DNA of 64,000 nt, taken from positions 3,541 to 67,540 of the IMG/VR virus record IMGVR_UViG_3300046691_000092; one strand, written 5' to 3'. A program made the translations under genes and the position numbers. The DNA comes from a virus. This document shows, piece after piece, positions 60,851 to 64,000 of this stretch; position 1 is the first letter of the stretch; each line of letters begins with the position of its first letter. A model generated the notes under the pieces. The model searched no databases. It had not been told where the DNA came from and saw only the letters and a program-made list of their open reading frames with translations.

Positions 60851-60890
60851 GCTGCGTTGATAAATAGCGATGGATCAGGGGATTGCACAG

Positions 60891-60948
60891 TTGACAGGTG
60901 ACGACGAAACGACTTATAAGCGAACCACCTTCAACGGAGTGACTGACT
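60891..60948 (+). promoter_or_regulatory. conserved promoter cassette, copy 7
   Basis: TTGACA-N18-TATAAG with CGAAACGACT; AACGGAGTGAC. Confidence 0.8.
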
Positions 60949-62530
60949 ATGAAAATCGATTTTGTTCTAACCGCATCCGGTAATGTCGCCCTGCCCCGTA
61001 TCCAACACGCCATGTTCGCCGGAAAGCCTGACGATGGTACGGCAACAGGTGAGGGCGAACAGCTTAACCGCGTGAAGAACGCGGCGACCGAAATAGCGGC
61101 GGCGCTGTCGAAGGCCGGATACTCAAATTTCACCCTGTACGATGTGCAAGGCGACACGCATCATACAGTTGGTCACATTCGCGTTGAAGTGCTTGACCCT
61201 GTCGCAACATACAGGGGCGAATGATCATGATCGACCGCAACACCATTCACGCAACGCTAAGCAGCTTCGGCGTATCGCTGAAATATCCGGAAGCTGACGA
61301 ACTTGTAACCACGTTGGCGGCACTGTTCGAACCGCAACCCGCACCCGCCCCGGAATTTCATCACGTCTATCGTGAATGCGGCGTCAACTACCTGACCCGG
61401 ACACTTGACGACCTGAAGCCCGAAGAAACGGTCATTGCGATCATTTCCGGCCCGTATGGTGATGGCACGTGGCGCGATCCGGTGAAAGGATATGTGCGCC
61501 ATGACGGCTATCGCATCGTCATTCGCACGACGGCGTGCAATCACCAATGGCGTGAAGGTTGGGGCTTCGGTGCGCCTACCCGGACATGCACGAAATGCGG
61601 GAAGTTCGAAAATGACTGACATCAACAAGGTGTATCCGTCGATCGTGACGGATTACGCGCCCGGTAAAACGACAACGATCGTTCACCGTGCCGAACTGAT
61701 CCGACAATCACCGTTCAAGCGTTGGGACATGTGCGGCGACGCGCGCGTTCGCCCGGAACATCGCAACATCAATCAGGATTACGGGTCGATGTATTGGGCA
61801 TTACCGTCGTTCGACCCGAAGCTTACCGAAGCGATCACCCGCACCGCGCAAGTATGGACGCAACGGATCGGGCGCGCACTCCGCAACCGTGACGGATTTC
61901 ACCAAGGCACCGGCGACGGAAAGCTTTATCAGGTGTACCGCAAGGGCAAGAAATGGGTCACCGCCCATTACTCGCGCGATTCGCACTTCCTGAAGACGTC
62001 AAAGAGCAAGCGCCGGGCGCTGGCAATCGCGAAGGGTGAAGCATGGTTGATGTCTTGAGATATCGCCGGGTGAAACAGGCGCGCAAGCGTGGGTGCCCGA
62101 ACTGTGGTCATCACGGGTTCAAGCGCATCACTACGGATTACCTGAACCGCCCGGTGTTTCAATGCCATGGGTGCTATGAAACGTGGACGACCGAACGCGG
62201 TCCAACGGAAGGAACGAAACGGAAATGACGCTTCTTCTGACCGCCTCTTACGGACATGACAGTTGGTCAGGCGCGTGGCTATCGCTTCGCGCTGAAGGTG
62301 CGATCCTTGAAGATTGGTTGCGTACCGCGCTCGGTGCGTTCGGTTGCGAGCATTCCCGGCATGACAAGATTATCGGCCTTCTTCGGACGTCAGGCCGATA
62401 TGATTGCATGGTTCAAACGCAATGGTTTCAGCGCCAATTTCAAGAAGTGTCGGCGATGTTCGACGCGGCGGGGGTCCGATTGTTGATTGATCAGTCGTAC
62501 AAATCGCCATTCCGCCGCGTCGGTACGTAA
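60949..62530 (+). other. island of small + strand genes between TerL and TerS (60949-61224, 61221-61619, 61612-62058, 62043-62228, 62225-62530)
   Basis: Coupled ORFs behind cassette 7; two have Zn-ribbon CxxC pairs. Confidence 0.65.
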
Positions 62531-62591
62531 ACCAACCTTCCGACGATACAAGACACCGGGGCGCGCTTCACGCGCGTCCTGAACGCTGCAT

Positions 62592-63263
62592 TTAACCATC
62601 TGGTTTATTGCGTTCCGCTTCGGCCTTGGCACGCGCTTCAAGCAGCTTTTCCCAATGAACTAGCTCTTCGTCGCTCATGCTGGCGATATCCGGACCCGAT
62701 ACGACCGTTTCGACCTTGCCACTATGGTCGATTTTTTCGGTGACCATGCCGAGTATCTTCGCGATGCTATCCAGCGCGGCGCGCTTGTCACCAATCTTGA
62801 ACTTTACGCCGTCCTTGCCTTGGCTGATTTCGGTAATCGCATAGGTGACATGCTTCGGCAGTTCGATGGACGGCACGAGCCGGACGCCGTTGGATACTTC
62901 AAGAACGCCCTTCTTGTTCACCCGTTCGGTCAAGTCCGGTCCCCACTCCGCAACGTCAGCAACGTTCGCTTGGGCAATCCACAGGAGACGAGCAAGAACC
63001 CATTCCTTGGTGATCGGTTCGGACGACTGTTCATCGACAAACTTTGCCTTGGCTTTCCTGACGGCAGAGCGGACCACAGGAAGGCGAAGAAGCTCATAGG
63101 CGATCTGTGACGCACTGTCAGGCGAAAAGCCCGCGTCGCGCGCCGCTCGTGAACCGTTGAAGTCCTTCACGTATTCATCAACGAACCGCTGACGACGCGG
63201 TGAAAGATCGTCTTCGTCTTCTTCGGGTGACGGTGCGGGCGTAACACCCGGCAGATTCATCAT
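62592..63263 (-). CDS. terS: terminase small subunit
   Basis: LSPRRQRFVDEY..DFNGSRAARDAGFS...A.ELL; DKRAALD.IAK.LGM. Confidence 0.88.
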   Translation of the reverse strand: MMNLPGVTPAPSPEEDEDDLSPRRQRFVDEYVKDFNGSRAARDAGFSPDSASQIAYELLRLPVVRSAVRKAKAKFVDEQSSEPITKEWVLARLLWIAQANVADVAEWGPDLTERVNKKGVLEVSNGVRLVPSIELPKHVTYAITEISQGKDGVKFKIGDKRAALDSIAKILGMVTEKIDHSGKVETVVSGPDIASMSDEELVHWEKLLEARAKAEAERNKPDG

Positions 63264-63331
63264 GCTATATCTTTTCCGTTATGCGGTTTTCTACGGACGA
63301 AAATAATCACGAACAGCCCCTTTGACAAGTC

Positions 63332-63621
63332 ACGTCGCAATGACGGAATGCCGTCAGAGTCTCGTGTCATTGCGTCGTCGTTGTTTTTATTGGATTTTCA
63401 CACGCCAAGAGGCAGGTCGTCCCGCAAGTGCCTACTACCCCACTTATAATAATATATACTCTTATAGCGTACGACGTACATTCTCTATACATGTATATAT
63501 TATTCTATTCTCATCAGTAGACACTTTTGGAGACGATAGTATAAGAATGACAAATTATCCAATAAAAACAACGACGACGCAACGTCACGAACATTCCGTC
63601 GGCTCAATGTCATTGCGACGT
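63332..63621. repeat. nested inverted repeats around an AT-rich core (ori or pac/terminus candidate)
   Basis: Perfect 26-bp IR at 63370-63395/63557-63582, 13-bp IR at 63332-63344/63609-63621, 9-bp IR at 63342-63350/63592-63600. Confidence 0.8.
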
Positions 63622-63660
63622 CATTGACAAATATCGAAACTGTATGCTAAGGGCTTTGAA

Positions 63661-64000
63661 ATGATTAAGAATTCCACGACCGGAGCGGTTTACAAACACG
63701 CGGCAGAAGCCGCCAGAGCCCTTTCCGTAACGAAAAAAGATATACACCTGCACCTGAACGGATCGGTTCGTTCCATCCGGGGAAACAAATTAGTATATAT
63801 TATTTCAAAGAGTATATGTTTTCGTAGACCGCATTTCAGGAAACCCGTTCGTTGCATCGACACCGGAAAGGTATATGTTTCGGTTGAATCGGCAGCAAGA
63901 GCGCACAAGATTTCAATTGACCAACTATCCCGGCTGCTTAATGGTCGTCGGGTTTCCAGCACCATCAACGGATTTCGTTTTGAATGGCACACCATGAGCA
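63661..64000 (+). CDS. tandem NUMOD1-like DNA-binding domain protein, runs off window
   Basis: Not in the ORF track; manual translation MIKNSTTGAVYKHAAEAARAL...KPVRCIDTGKVYVSVESAARAHKI...GFRFEW. Confidence 0.7.
   Translation, partial: MIKNSTTGAVYKHAAEAARALSVTKKDIHLHLNGSVRSIRGNKLVYIISKSICFRRPHFRKPVRCIDTGKVYVSVESAARAHKISIDQLSRLLNGRRVSSTINGFRFEWHTMS

Overview
The window is most of the genome of a tailed dsDNA phage, probably a virulent siphovirus (no integrase seen). The host is probably an alphaproteobacterium such as Rhizobium or Agrobacterium, inferred from a GapR/DUF2312 homologue and an RcGTA-type head spike pair. Layout: 1-9.8 kb small early genes and an adenine/N4C methyltransferase; 9.8-24.5 kb replication and nucleotide metabolism (primase-helicase, VRR-NUC, SF2 helicase, DEDD exonuclease, tRNA-Gln, DUF2800 nuclease, SSB-like, MazG-like, family-B-like polymerase, DUF4406, GapR, dNMP kinase); 24.5-27.8 kb a candidate ncRNA plus promoter-cassette genes; 27.8-63.3 kb minus-strand lysis, tail, head and packaging genes, interrupted by three islands of small genes; 63.3-63.6 kb an AT-rich segment inside nested inverted repeats (ori/pac candidate). 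The most notable observations are: (1) eight dispersed copies of a promoter/operator cassette, with one box inverted and one 8-bp spacer inverted; (2) an ORF-less, stem-rich ~260-nt unit with its own promoter and terminator; (3) a head spike carrying a CE4 deacetylase-like domain; (4) an acyl-carrier-protein-like ORF lacking the pantetheine serine; (5) a recurring LPG linear motif and C-terminal AA (ClpXP-type) ends on replication and packaging proteins; (6) apparent avoidance of many restriction palindromes. All calls come from reading motifs by eye; no database searches or computations were run.
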